Assembly: GCA_965285935.1 (NCBI GenBank)
Contig: OZ260662.1
Span: 28,210,001 to 28,274,000 of the forward strand
Length of the DNA: 64,000 bases
Reading direction: 5' to 3'
From: Ophelia neglecta
Taxonomy: Eukaryota
Position numbers and translations under genes: made by a program. The notes below the pieces were generated by a model, which was not told where the DNA came from, searched no databases, and saw only the letters and a list, made by a program, of their open reading frames with translations. Positions within the stretch are counted from its first letter, which is position 1. Every line of letters begins with the position of its first letter. Shown in pieces: positions 1 to 12,493 of this stretch.

Positions 1-4
1 ACAC

Positions 5-533
5 ACGTGTCTAAGTGTTTGTTTTATTGTCGTTTACCCTCAAGAAGGACTCACTCATTAAACAAAATTTGACAGCCCTTTGATCCCCTGGCCTTTGTTC
101 TGAGCAGTTTAAGCGTATCAGGTTTCAATTGGGGGGGGGGGGATACCAATGAAAAAGGGAAAAGTTACATAATGTTTTCTATTAAACAAGTGAGCCAATA
201 AACAGCTGTCAATGAGGCAGTAAATAAAACTTATTTGTGGTTCCAGGTTAGTACAATAAAATGTTCACACTTAAATGCTTGACATAAAATACTATGTATA
301 CGCCTTCTTATATCCATATGTACAAAAAAAAAATCGCGGATTTTCATGGAAAACGATTGCATAATATGGACCATAAACCTTGGGAACATGTATATTTAGA
401 CTTGCAAGTGTGTCTAGAACTGGCTTAGTATTGATAACTTTTCCCAAGAGAAGAACTCATTCATTAATCAAACATTGACAGCCCTTTGATCAACAGGAGG
501 TTTGTTCTGAGGTGTTGAATCACATTTCGAATT
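5..533. repeat. Two diverged copies of an approximately 125-bp sequence (about 5-130 and about 408-533)
   Basis: Shared collinear blocks GTGTCTA, CAAGA, ACTCA.TCATTAA.CAAA..TTGACAGCCCTTTGATC and TTTGTTCTGAG. Confidence 0.65.
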
Positions 534-1022
534 GGGTCATAGCTGAGAAGATTGAATTAACCGGCACAAGCCGTCCTCGCCCGAGAATCGCGCTCGACCC
601 TCGTTTACCACACACCACTTCCTAAAATTTTAGGAGCGTGACGTCATAACGGGGTTATTTGGTGTGCACATCCGCCAGATTTTAAATGAGATGTTGTCTT
701 TAATATATGGATACATTGAAAAAACAAACTTGAATGTTTTGACATAAATGTATCGAAAATTGCGTATTTTGGAAGAAATACGTGCGCTACACACGACAGT
801 TACTAGATGATGTTTATCCATATAGGCCTAGGGAATGTCTCAGTGTACATGTACCGAGTACGCACGTGTGTAAGACGGACTACTTATTTCTTCATCCGCG
901 ACATTACCCAAGCCTCTAGGCCTATACGAGCAACCTCCGTCGGCCGAGCCCGGGCACAAGCCTCATATGTTGGTCATTGCCTGCCGTGTTAAAATGAAAA
1001 TAACGATGTAGCATACACAGGT

Positions 1023-1162
1023 GTCAACCCTTGTAAAGAAACCTGTCATAATAGTTTAGTATATCACAGCTAACTCGTAACTTTTCCCCGTAGTCAACAC
1101 TTGTAAAGAAACTTGTCATAATATTTGAGCATGTCACAGTTATTTCGGGACTTTTCCCGAAG
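1023..1162. repeat. Two-copy 70-bp tandem duplication
   Basis: GTCAAC.CTTGTAAAGAAAC.TGTCATAATA...CTTTTCCC at 1023 and 1093. Confidence 0.75.
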
Positions 1163-1561
1163 TTGTTATTGTTTATTGTTATGCGTGTATACAAAACGGA
1201 CATAAATGATCGATGGGGAAACAGGGAATGATATTAGCTTTTTGTTTTTCAGCATTCGGTTTTCGATAAAAAATTGGCTTTGATTTATGCAGAGTAGATT
1301 TTTGAACATACTTCAAATTACCGTCGGCACTTCTCTGGTTTCATTACACCGCTAGATTCTAATCAATACTTGACACCGGGAATCTTGCGGCCCTCGGACG
1401 GATATTGTAAGCTGTGAGAAAGAGTTACAAAGAAGATGGTACCAAATACAATTAAGAAGGAAATGAGGCGCGCCTCTACGGGCGGTTAAAAGACGACTTT
1501 CAAGAGGCGCGCTTCAGAAACTTTGGCTGAAGCGGGTCTCAAAAGACTTTTTTAACTCGCT

Positions 1562-1629
1562 CCAGTCCCGCTCCGATCGCGCCCCAGTCCCGCTCCGATC
1601 GCGCCCCAGTCCCGCTCCAGTCCCGCTCC
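1562..1629. repeat. 22-bp/11-bp minisatellite (CCAGTCCCGCTCCGATCGCGCC)
   Basis: Two full 22-bp units followed by two 11-bp CCAGTCCCGCT subunits. Confidence 0.8.
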
Positions 1630-1756
1630 AAAATAAAATAAACGATCCACTTATTCTGACATGTACTGTATATATTTCTTCCACCAATCTATAGAGCAGT
1701 GATATTTGCAAACACATTACAAGTTCCCGGTTGAATGACTGCCTGTTTATAATTAC

Positions 1757-4700
1757 CAGTAGCTTTCCCTAAGCCCATACTGAAACCTGTAGCCACTGGT
1801 TCAGGGGGTTCAAATCTACTCTTCCTAGAATTGTCTTCAATCAATCCAAAGTCAGTCTTCAATTTCTTTCTTTCCTGTCGCTCTTCTTGAATACTGAATA
1901 AAAGATTATGATTAGCACTTCAAAGATGAACTGACATAATAAGACTAAGCTTTTCTGTTTTTTCTCTACAAATACTTCACAAATTTAAGTGATATTCCAA
2001 TTCTACTTACACTTTCAACTCCTCCTTGAATAATTCTAAATTACTTTTTTTCTTTTCTTGTTGTTTCTTTTTCATTGCCTGTAAATGAAGTGACAAAATA
2101 CATTCAATGGATCATTATCATGCAGAGTTAAAGCTAGAATATCCACTGTAACAATGTATAAATTGTTTAAAATATTGAAAATACAGTGGGTTTTTTTTTG
2201 GTGGTCTTTGCATTGGATATTTTCTTCAGCGGCTCTTTTCATTTGTTTTAACAAATTTAAGAATGTTTAATTTCTGAGCCAGTGCTAACCAGTCTTGGGT
2301 TGAACTCTTCCTCTTCCAACTCTCTCCTAGATTGCTCCTTTGAAGACTTGAAAGTTGTGGCCAACTCAGCTAGCTTAGAACTAGGTTTGTACAGTCTGTT
2401 TGGTTTGGGTGGTTTGTCTGGCGTATCATGACCTATTGTAAAGAAAACAAAAGGTCGCGTGATTTGAACAAAAAACAAAATGTTTTCACCAAAACTTGAT
2501 AACCACAGATTATAAATTTATGAATGGTTGTTTTTTGCCCCAAGAAAATGTGAATATAATGTTGCATTTGCTCCTTGTTTGTTAAACTACTAGATAAAAT
2601 GCACTAATGAATCAAGGTGCCCTAATGGGTAAGGCCAGGAAAAGTTGAAGCTGAGGTTTAAAACACATTTTTTCTAAAGGTAGCAGAGATGAAAGTTAAC
2701 AGACAGGCCTAAAATGGTTAGGCCAAAAAAAAAAATACCTGTGTTTCCGGTCACCCGACCGACCCTATATATTGGCCGCCGACCCTAAACTTTTTTTCCG
2801 ACCGAACCGAAACGCCTCGTTTTCCATGATTTTCCGACCGAAACGCCTCGTGGACGAAACGAATCTGGGCCGAAATGACCTGCATACGTGTCATCGGAAA
2901 CGGGGGTTACCGAGACGCTAGAACGGTCAAAATGGCGTCGATCATCATCGTGCTATCGATCGAGGTGCTAAAATGCGTCCATTTTGGAGGCATTAAGTGC
3001 CTTAAAACCTTTGACACCTCCACGAGTCTTCACACGGTGTGGCGGACTTTCCACCCATGTGAAGCAAAAGGATCTACATTGAAAACGTATGGGTATACGG
3101 GGAATGAAAAGGTAATGTATTTTGTTTTGTCACCTGGTCGAACTTTGACACGAGGCAGTTGAGTTGCCATGTTTGACCGGTTATTTAATTAAAAAAAAGA
3201 AGAAAAAAAAAAAGAAAAAATCGACCTACCGACCCTAATTTTTTTTGGCATGTAATAGGAAACACGGGTATTTTTTTTTTGGCCTTAACAGCATGTTTCA
3301 TATCTAAGCTATACTATTATTCTAGGTCACTTTACTTTAATCACTTAAATATAAACCTTGTGTGCCATTGGGCTTCTCTTCACTCCAGCTTATTAACCTT
3401 TTGCTTTTATGACAATTGTTTAATGCAAATAAATCTTTTGTTTTCAAAATACACTGTGAGTTGATGGCAATCACACCGATTGCCAGCTGCGGGCAGACCT
3501 AAACCACACTTAGAAATCAGTTTTTATGGCCTAATGTTGTAAAAGGAATAACATACTGTGTATATGCTGGACATTCAATAAATAGGTATTGTGTTCGAAG
3601 GTTGATGCATATAAATGGGCCTCCATGACAAAAATAAATAAATACGATCAGAGAGTCAACAGTGCATTGATCATCAGTCAGGTAGTCCATGACGCTGGTA
3701 GATGAGAAATTCACTCACGCTCTCGATACCTACTTTTGCTTTTCTCTTGCTGGACCGTGCCCCCTTTCACCCATGGTCGATTAATACTTTTTCCTGTATC
3801 TTCGAATGATTCAACAAACTCTTCGTATACCTTCGCTGCTTCCTCTGCTTCCAGCTGTCACAGTAAATACAATACATGTGGAACATCAATATAACTTCTA
3901 ACATAACCTTCCGAAAAATAAGAATACTCGCAAACTAAATATATCACTTGCCTAAAAGATGATCAAGTCTTGGCTTTTAGTGAGGTTAATATCATTATTG
4001 GTCCATGAATACATATAATAGAAGACATCATGGAATACTTGCCCTTTTCTTCATGTCATCCTGTTCCCTCTTGCTCATGCCCTTTTTAATATTCATGCTT
4101 CCAATGTTGAAGGCTTTGAGTTTATTTTCTGATATATTCTGCAATAAAGAAGACCTATTGTTAACCTGCAAACCATGGGGTTTAGTACTTCAGTAGAACC
4201 AGCTGCTTGAAAACAATTCTCAAACTAATAGCAACTAATGAAACCGGTGGTCAAATAAAGATTTAGGTTATGGCTTGATAAAAGAAATTTGTAGGATATC
4301 AATTAATCTGTTAACTGTTCGGCCAGGCGTCATAGTAAAATAATGAGTTATTTCATACTTTTTGAACAGCCATAAACAATTGTTTATAAATGAACAAAGA
4401 AAAGTTAGACTATGCAGTAAAGTATAGGTTTGAGGCTGTGGCCCAGTTAGAGCTATTCCATTTAAAAAGCTTTGGGGGGGGGGGGGGGGGGGGGGGCGGC
4501 GGAAATGAGATCAAAATTCGTCGACCCTATGGTAGCCTGCAACAGTTCAGCATTTTACCCCAGGGCCTGTACAAGTTAATCAAAATACAATGGTAGGGCA
4601 AGTTTAGAACTCAAGTATAAATCGTTAGAGCGCCAATTTAAAATTTGGTTGGGGTTCTGTCTGAATTAAAAAGTTGATCCACAAAATTGGCACTTCGCTG

Positions 4701-7700
4701 TTTGAATAAATATTCACACTAATATATTCTATGTAAGAACACTATATGTTTTACAATATCATCATCCATTTTCCTGACCTTGTCAGGCCAGGGTCATCTC
4801 AAGTACAAAGGAAACTGCACCCTGATTGGTTGATGACATGAGCATTGCACTGATTTCAGGCAATCAAAGCTTGCATAACTACAGAGATATGTGTGTAGTG
4901 GTGACACCTGGTCAGTGGTGTGGAATTTGCTCATTGCTTTTGTCCTCTAAAAGATCAATCTAAGGCATTGACTTATTTCTCCAATTAAGGCCGAGACACT
5001 CTATCGTATATTACTGGCACATAGAAGCTTTGTAATTGCAATTGGTTCACGCAGACGCTGTATTTTTGTCATAATTTGTATTTAAAAAATGGAGCGCCAA
5101 TGCTTCAACGTATGCATTGCTTTTCAGTGCTCTATTTGGCCGGTCGCCTGGTCGCCTCAGGCGACATGATACCAGCTGATGCGACCTGTTTCTCCCTGAT
5201 AAGTCGCCTCATTTACTGCTGCCAGGCGACCAGGCATCTAGACAAGCATTTAGCTTATCAAGCCAAATTCGGTGCGGCCCATTGGTCCTAATATTAATAA
5301 AAAACATTTATTGTTATCTATCTCGAGTAGTCCTTGTTTATCCGACCTTATTTTTCACTTCCTGTAAGGAAAACACTGACCGTTAGCAGTGCTATAGTCG
5401 ACTAGCGTTGAATCTGGTCCATTGCCGTAATGCGCAACTGCTCATGTACTAGCGCACGTTGTGTTATCTCAACGAAGACCCCATAGCGCATGGGTTTAGA
5501 TTACACATTTGGTGTATCAAAACTCGGCTCAGGCATCGAGCATGTCGGGTGGGCAAGTACATGAAGAATCTGACGTGTGTGAGCATATTGAGTCTACTAG
5601 TTCGCGGTCCTCTGAATCAGGATGGAATTTCCTCTTGGGTTCAGGCGCAAAAAGGAAATCACCACCCGAGACATGGTGGTGGAATTAGAACTACAGCATA
5701 GACTCAAATTAACCGAACTTCGATTAACCGAATTTTCGGATTAACCGAACCGAATCCATGTCCCCCGAAGATAGCATATAAAATCTAAAAAAAAAAAGAT
5801 TCAATCTTATTTCTTGGGAAACAACAGGTTTAAGTCAGGAGTATGTCACAGGTACTCTACGGTGTTAACTGATTGCAGTTCGGTTAGGCGCCGCATTCGC
5901 ACTTCCCGCCAGCCTAGCATATTGCGATGTAATCAAAGGCCGTCTACATATGTGTCCGAGAACCGGCCCTTCTTTGATTGATGCTGATAATCTTATATCT
6001 AAGGCCTCCGTGGACGAAAAACTCACTTAAATCAGTGAATAAAATGACAGTTAGAAGTGTCAGAAAGAACTCGCGATAAGCCACGCTATGCAGCCTCGTT
6101 TTCAAGCTTTCGGAACCGCCATGTTGGGAAGTATTTTCACGGATCGCAAGGGCAAATCTCGAGCAACATTGTCACTTGTCCCGAATAACAGTTGTAAAGA
6201 GAACAAACTTTTATTGGCACAATAATCCTCGGCAAGTATTTATATGAAGTAAGTCTGTAGAGACATTCACTGCTACTACTGCGTATGCATTTCCAAAGCC
6301 TTGTCAGACGGGTACTGAAAAAATGTACAAGACCTATCTCCAAAGCGAGCTGATCTTGCAACTTGTATTTTTGTATGTTTGTGCCGATGAATAAACATTT
6401 AATTTTACTTTATTTGTCTTCTTTTCTGATAAATTTCCAGTAATCCATAACTAACTCAAACACAAAACCATATAAAATCGTACCGAACTCCGCTGAACGG
6501 AACGGGGGTGCCCGGGGTGGGGAGCTCAATCAAGCGAACCCCCTGTTAACCGAAAAAATTGTTGTCCCGGACGAGTTCAGTAAAATGAGTCTATGCTGTA
6601 ATATAAAAACCTCAATGAGGCTTTAATGTCAGGACTGGTGTTCAGGTTTCTCCCTTTACAAAAAAACGGTGAATAAAATTAGTGTTTTTGTAATAAAATG
6701 CCTCCATTATTTATGGGCGACCAAATCTTTCCTTGGGCCACTAAATTTTTTGGGTTTGTGGCCCAAATGATATTGCTTGGGCCACTAGCTGTTTTGATGA
6801 GTGTAGAGCAATGCTTTTGGCGGACCGCAATTTATTCTTGTTCACAAGTTAGTTTTATGGTCGGCCATTCTGTACAAGATGTGCCAAGTCACGTGATCAC
6901 GTCATAAAAATCTTGCCTCCAATGTTGGCAGATGTGAGTTTCGGGCTGCCCCTGTTCTAGTACAATATACAAATTAAAGACCCTGTACCTGGAATTTTCC
7001 CACATGGAAGCAAAATTTCAAACCCTGTTGTTTACAAGTAAGCACGCTAATAAAACCCTGGCGCCAACCATGTAAATGGGTGAAGGCTTTAGTATGGATC
7101 GTCACCTGGCAACTGCACTACAGTATGGATGGTCACCTGCAGCCAAAGCTCCAAATCTTTTTTACCTGCAGATTACGCTCTTGTGATTGGCATGATTGGT
7201 AGTCAGCATTTTGATTTACCTTAGACTGATAGTATAGAGCTTCTTGTTTGAAATGATTTGACAGGACTTATTGTGAGAAATAGGAGCGTCATCGATATCC
7301 TACATATCGATATATCGCTATTCCCTATTTATCAATATGTGTATCGATATACATGGCTAAATATCGAAATAATCATATTTATGCCATAAAAATGCCATAA
7401 AATTCCTTATAATGAAGAAAACAGAGAAAACTTTTCAAATTCGCAAGCATGCTTCACACAAACCACTATAGAAGCCCTCTTCTTATCCACACATACACAG
7501 ATTATAATAGAAACAGTCCCCTGCAAACATGGCTCGAAGAGACTTAGACCTGATTCTTGCAAAAACAATTGTTTCTGGTAACTTTTGTACCAGGAAAAGG
7601 CGCTAAAACTAGTATATCGAAATATCGACAAAATCGAAATATCAACAAAAAGTATCGTGATAATCGTATCGACAAAATTTGGATGTCAATGACAGTCCTA

Positions 7701-9725
7701 GTGAGAAATTCATTAAAATCTGCACCAATTTGCCGAATATTTTCAGCAACTATCAGACTACCGCTCTGCACTGCACCATGCCTGATTTGATTTAGTAATT
7801 TTTCACACAAACCAGTGATGTTTTACTAGGATTCGTCGATATACCGCACCTGACCAAAGTATTTACCGCACCTGGACTAATTATCCAATAATAAACGCCT
7901 TAAACAGTCCACCTCCTCCTAACAGTTGGCAAACAAATTCTGGTTGTACCATTATCCATACCGCCACTGGTAAACGCTTAACGGATATGCCTGGTCACGA
8001 GGCGCCATCTGTTGAATGTGGCAGAAGTGTAGCAGTACATCGCATCTGTCTCTCAAGTGCACAGCGCAAATTGTTGTCCTCAAGGCCGCAAACTTAGAGG
8101 GTGTAACATCATTTCTGCAGCTTTTGCCTACGGTACTGTTTAGTTCTTTAATCATTTAAATATATTTATATTTTTTGAATTATAACAGGTAAGTCTGGTT
8201 CTGCAAGTTATATTATTGGTCTGGGCCTTATATTATATCACTTGTGTGACCTTGTTTTTGATAGTTTGTTGGTGAATTGGAAAGACACAATAATAAACAA
8301 TGTGTGAATCTCTGACCACGGGACTTGATATTGATTGCAGTTTAAGTATTATCAGTGTTTCTGCAAGGTGGATTGTCACAAACATTCAAATATGCATGTT
8401 TGGTCAATGAACTATATAAGAATAAACCATGTGGACCAGTACATTTCAACATTGAATTCTTTTATTTATGATCATTTTTCTTCAAAAACATTAATTTCAC
8501 ATACCCAGTGTATTTTACCTTATATAACATTTAGAACATAATATCCATTTTTCTGAAGGAACTTCCTAAAATTAAATTAGACATATTTAATGTTGTGGCA
8601 ATTGCTACCCAGCCCCGTCATGTTAAATTTGACTTGTCTCGGTTTGTCTTTCTCCAAACGTCATAGTCTACATGCATTAAGGATAATTAGGCCAGGTGGG
8701 GTAAATACTTTGGTCAGGGGTGGTCAGGTGCTGTATATCGACGAACCGTTTTACTATAGCTCTATGCAAAGCCGTAGCTTGTTTACCTTATCACAGTCAC
8801 TTTCCCAGCTTTAGAAATATAAGGGTTTATCTAGGATTGGCATAAAAAAGGGCTCAAATTGGCAGTGTATAATGAAATTTAGGGTTACATTTTTCTTAGC
8901 AAAGATTGTTCCCTGCGAAGATTTGAACTTTGGGCCTCTCGCATTAGTCTAACTTCTTACCTCAAGCCCACCATTATGACATACTAAAAAATGCGAATTT
9001 TGAAGACTAGTGAAAATAAATGGGGATATGAGAACACTAGAAACAAAATAGCCTGGCGGGAATGAAGAAAATTACAAGTTGGGTTGGAGGGAGGGTGATT
9101 AAAAAAATTTGGGGGGGATCAGCATTTGGCAGTCAACATTTTTAGATTAAGGGTAATGAAATAAAATTCAGATCATTTTTTTCCTTTATTGACTATTTTC
9201 ATTGACTGTCATGTAACTCTGGTTATTCAAATAAAGTCAAAAATGTTGTGCCAGCCTGAAACATTTATTCATCTAGTACCATGCTTCTCTGATCACCAGC
9301 TTTGTTTTTTTGGCAAATATTTAATGTCTTCTGGCTGTCTCTGGGTATCTTGTTGACTAGCCTCCCTCATGTATATTTACATGTGGAAGCATTCAATGTG
9401 TATTTTTAACCTTCACTAATTTGACGGTAAAATGAAATTGTTATCAATTGTGACCAGTAATGAACTATTGAAGGAAATTAGATTAGCCCGGGTCTTAGGG
9501 TAAATCACTGGTGAATTCAACAGCGCAAATGGGACAGGTTTGTTGAATACTATTTGAATAAATCCTTCTTGAAGCGCGATCACAGAATTAAGGCATTTAC
9601 CTGGGCTTCTTAAGGAATCATTCAAGCATCAATTAAACTTTGCAGATAATTAGAAATTTGAGTACCTTCATTGATCCAGGCGTCAATCGCTCGCTCTTCA
9701 AACCCCATGGCAGCTTGTCCGCCAT
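1757..9725 (-). CDS. U2SURP: U2 snRNP-associated SURP motif-containing protein (SR140), N-terminal exons; the gene continues beyond the left edge
   Basis: Coding exons (minus): 9666-9725, 4043-4138, 3734-3854, 2290-2432, 2011-2078, 1757-1893, with compatible phases. The translation MADKLPWG...NISENKLKAFNIGSM...MKKRLEAEEAAKVYEEFVESFE...LYKPSSK...[21 protein letters not shown]...SRFEPP matches recalled U2SURP motifs ([49 protein letters not shown]). The donor of the last listed exon is less certain. Confidence 0.93.
2721..3284. mobile_element. PIF/Harbinger-type MITE
   Basis: About 28-bp TIRs GGCC(A)10-11TACCYGTGTTTCC, TTA TSD at 2718-2720 and 3285-3287, and subterminal CCGACCCTA repeats. Confidence 0.8.
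5125..6813. mobile_element. Non-autonomous DNA transposon with CAG/CAT termini and a 5-bp TSD (hAT5-like), hosting a nested MITE
   Basis: Termini CAGTGCTCTA ... TAGAGCAATG, CTTTT on both flanks (5120-5124, 6814-6818), and GGTCGCC/GGCGACC-type subterminal repeats at both ends. Confidence 0.6.
5694..6598. mobile_element. Tc1/mariner (pogo/Tigger-like) MITE
   Basis: Perfect 13-bp TIR CAGCATAGACTCA extending imperfectly to about 26 bp, TA TSD (5692-5693, 6599-6600), and repeated TTAACCGAA subterminal motifs. Confidence 0.85.
7281..7700. mobile_element. hAT-type MITE
   Basis: TIRs TAGGAGCGTCATCGATATCC / TAGGACTGTCATTGACATCC (16/20 identical), perfect 8-bp TSD GTGAGAAA (7273-7280, 7701-7708), and TATCGA subterminal repeats. 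Confidence 0.85.
7829..8747. mobile_element. Mutator/MULE-type non-autonomous element
   Basis: About 60-bp TIRs (GG(A)TTCGTCGATATAC.GCACCTGACC...AAAGTATTTACC.CACCTGG.CTAATTATCC) and a perfect 9-bp TSD GTTTTACTA (7820-7828, 8748-8756). Confidence 0.85.
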
Positions 9726-10057
9726 TTTGGTTCGTGCTAAGAGCTACGGAAACAGCCGATCGTTAACGTAAATATAATAATTTTATTTCTTCTTCGCCCA
9801 GAATTTCACCCAATACTTTTATTGACAAAGGAGTAATTTTTACCAAATATACACTGACTTTATTATTAGTATGCAATTATTGAAAAAATAAACATGCCCT
9901 GAAGCCACCTTACCAAGTTCAAGGCCGCTGTCACCTGTTGTATGCAAACAAATGCAATTTTATGAAAATTTAGACGTCAGCATCCGAATAATCAAGTTTA
10001 ATGGTCATTCCATGAAGAAAAGGTTATCGCGATGAACAAATCCATCGCTGAGTAAGT
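9719..10057. promoter_or_regulatory. Putative bidirectional promoter shared by U2SURP (-) and the SOCS-box gene (+)
   Basis: The U2SURP ATG sits in a YY1-type CCAAAATGGCGG context (minus, around 9719-9730). There is a CRE-like GACGTCA at 9973-9979 and a plus-strand donor GA|GTAAGT at 10052 that could splice to the acceptor TTTTCAG ending at 12371. Confidence 0.45.
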
Positions 10058-12379
10058 TCAACGTGCACATCTTATCTTTAATACTTTGGTTTCATGCGAA
10101 AACGTACTAAAATTCTTTTGTGATATTCATACAAGATATCCTGCACATATTCTGCCCAGCTGGAAAGACGACACTGTGGTGGGCCTATTGCTATTGTGGC
10201 CAAGGGCTCAAACGCTTCTTTAAACCAAAAAATGTTTCTAAGACGCAAAATAGCATGTCATTGTAGTACAATTGACCTATGGGAATATAGTCTAACTAGA
10301 AAATACAGGCACTGTTGCTCATAATTATCTTATAATATTATATTCCCCACAGTTGCACAGCTTTTTTTTACAATAGGGCTCTTGCACATCAATAGCAATT
10401 GCTGTGGGACTACGGTTTTTTTGCACCAACACCCGTGAAATCCCCCACGAGACTGACCTCCATACACTGTGCTTCAGATGGCCGAGTGGTTGGCCATACG
10501 ATTCTGCTGTGTTGCCGGGTGCAGTATATCCAATAAACAAATGCCAAATACAGGGCTCCCAACTCTCCTGGTTTCCCCGGGAGTCTCCAAGTTTTTGGAT
10601 ATATCTCATGGCAAAACAAATGTGTCCAGTTTCGCCTGGTTATTAACTTTTTCTCACTATTTATCCCGGGGTTAATTATGAGTACAAAGGTCCAATATTG
10701 GTAACAGCAATCAAAGGCTCTCCTGTTTTCTAGAAGGATGTCTCACTCATTATTTATGTACTAAACTAAGCCAACTTTGACTATTGTTTTGACTATTGTT
10801 TTCCAGAAATCCTCATGGTTTTCTCCCTAATATCAAATAAAGTCAAATCGCAATAGTTTATACATAAATTTGTGTGAATATAGCATAACCTCCATATTTC
10901 TGACTACATGAAAAAAGAAATCTCCCAGTAGGCCAGACCGAAAACTACCGGGACCTTCACATTGCTCTTCTACTGACTAAGCTTTATCGATACTTGATGT
11001 ACCCACCCCAACCATCTTCCACTCCTGATGATTAAATTCAAGAACGGGTAAAGTTCAAAACAGTCAACACATTTAACAACAAGCCTATAACTCCTATAGA
11101 CAATATGATAATCTCTGTGATAAAGGCAGATATCTTTTATGTTTCAGCAATATACACATGGCACATTGTAAAAGGAAAGAAAAATATAATGCAATGAAGT
11201 ATCAGGTGCCAGGATTGGTTTGGTGGAGGGTGACCAATTATTTTTAATTATAAATGTTTACTGTAATGATGACCTTAGAACTATTTCATATTATTGACTG
11301 TAGATAGCATCAATATTGATACACTGTGATGAGACCAAGTTTTGCATAAATTGGCCCCTTATCTAGCCTTGATCCGGCCTGTTTGTATACACTAAATGAG
11401 CCTCCTAAAAGCCTACTTTTCCTGGGCTTCTGTTTCATTCTCTGTCAGCTTCTGCTCAGACGACTGTGATGAAAATTAGGCCAAAGTGCACTCCATATCA
11501 GAACCTACTAAAGAGAAACAAAGGTGTCAGCTAATCTCTAAAGGTGCCGCTATTCTTTGCCAAATTAAATTTAAAAGATTTGGATATCAAGTGTATATGA
11601 TTTTCTGTTTTAATATGACTACCTAAAGGCACTTTGTACTGTGCCTACATTATTTTAAGAGTCATTAAGTGTCACTTAATAGATCTGTATAATACAATGT
11701 CATATCAATATTTAATGATTTTGCAAATAGATAGAGCTCCATCAACCATGTCTTAGCTTACTCGTATAAACTAAAATCTAGTATGGCAGTGTATTGAGGT
11801 CAGATTATGCAAGTGGCACCCTCTGGAGAGGTGTGTCATAAGGATTGGCAAAACGACTATTTCATTATGTGTAAACAGGTAAACATCCTCAGTCACCAGT
11901 TACATGATTGAACGCTTACCCTAAGCCTCTGCCACATGAGTTAACAGTAGACCTAGTTACAAAATATGGCCCCTAAGCTAACAATCCACCTCTGGGGTGG
12001 CCAGAGGGCCTCAGATTACATGATTAAACCTAGAACCCTCACAATCACAGGTGACCAACTTGCCTGTCCACTTCTGCCGATGTATAACTAGTTATACATG
12101 GGTAGTCTTAAACTGTGCTCAAAATAGCCAAGGCCAGAGAGCCTGGTTACATGTTTTAATCCTTGCTCTAACCCTCTACTTGGTGGCTTGAGAGACTGTT
12201 TATATAATTTAATGCTTGCCTTAATGCTCAACCACACCAAATATTTGTAACTATCATCTTTTTGGGCTTTTTTCATTTTTTTCTGTTAGTAAATTGTCAT
12301 TTTGTATTACATTTGTATTTTTGACAGCATATCTCATATTTAACTGAGCAATTTCTTTTCTGTCTTTTCAGAAAATTGT

Positions 12380-12457
12380 ATGGATGAAATTACTGAGGCC
12401 TATCATGATGCCAGAAACATGTATTCTATGGAGGACGGTGCTGTGTGGCCACAATGA
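12380..12457 (+). other. Upstream ORF (25 aa, MDEITEAYHDARNMYSMEDGAVWPQ*) in frame with the SOCS-box CDS
   Basis: ATG at 12380, TGA at 12455-12457, then 12 open codons to ATG 12494 in the same frame. It lies in the same exon, downstream of the 12371 acceptor. Confidence 0.5.
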
Positions 12458-12493
12458 CCTAGATCAGACTACCGTGTAGACATCTGTAGGGTT

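Noticed and set aside
1660-1690. Possible small U2SURP exon (DWWKKYI) after the 1757 donor
   Set aside because: The acceptor phase fits, but the donor is weak and there is no homology support.
8910-8952. tRNA-like T-arm fragment on the minus strand (also B-box-like motifs near 40845 and 55335)
   Set aside because: No complete cloverleaf; at most decayed SINE heads.
11880-12230. Recurrent GTTACATG..TTAA..CCCT motifs resembling a repeat-spacer array
   Set aside because: Degenerate eukaryotic tandem repeat with irregular spacing; not CRISPR.
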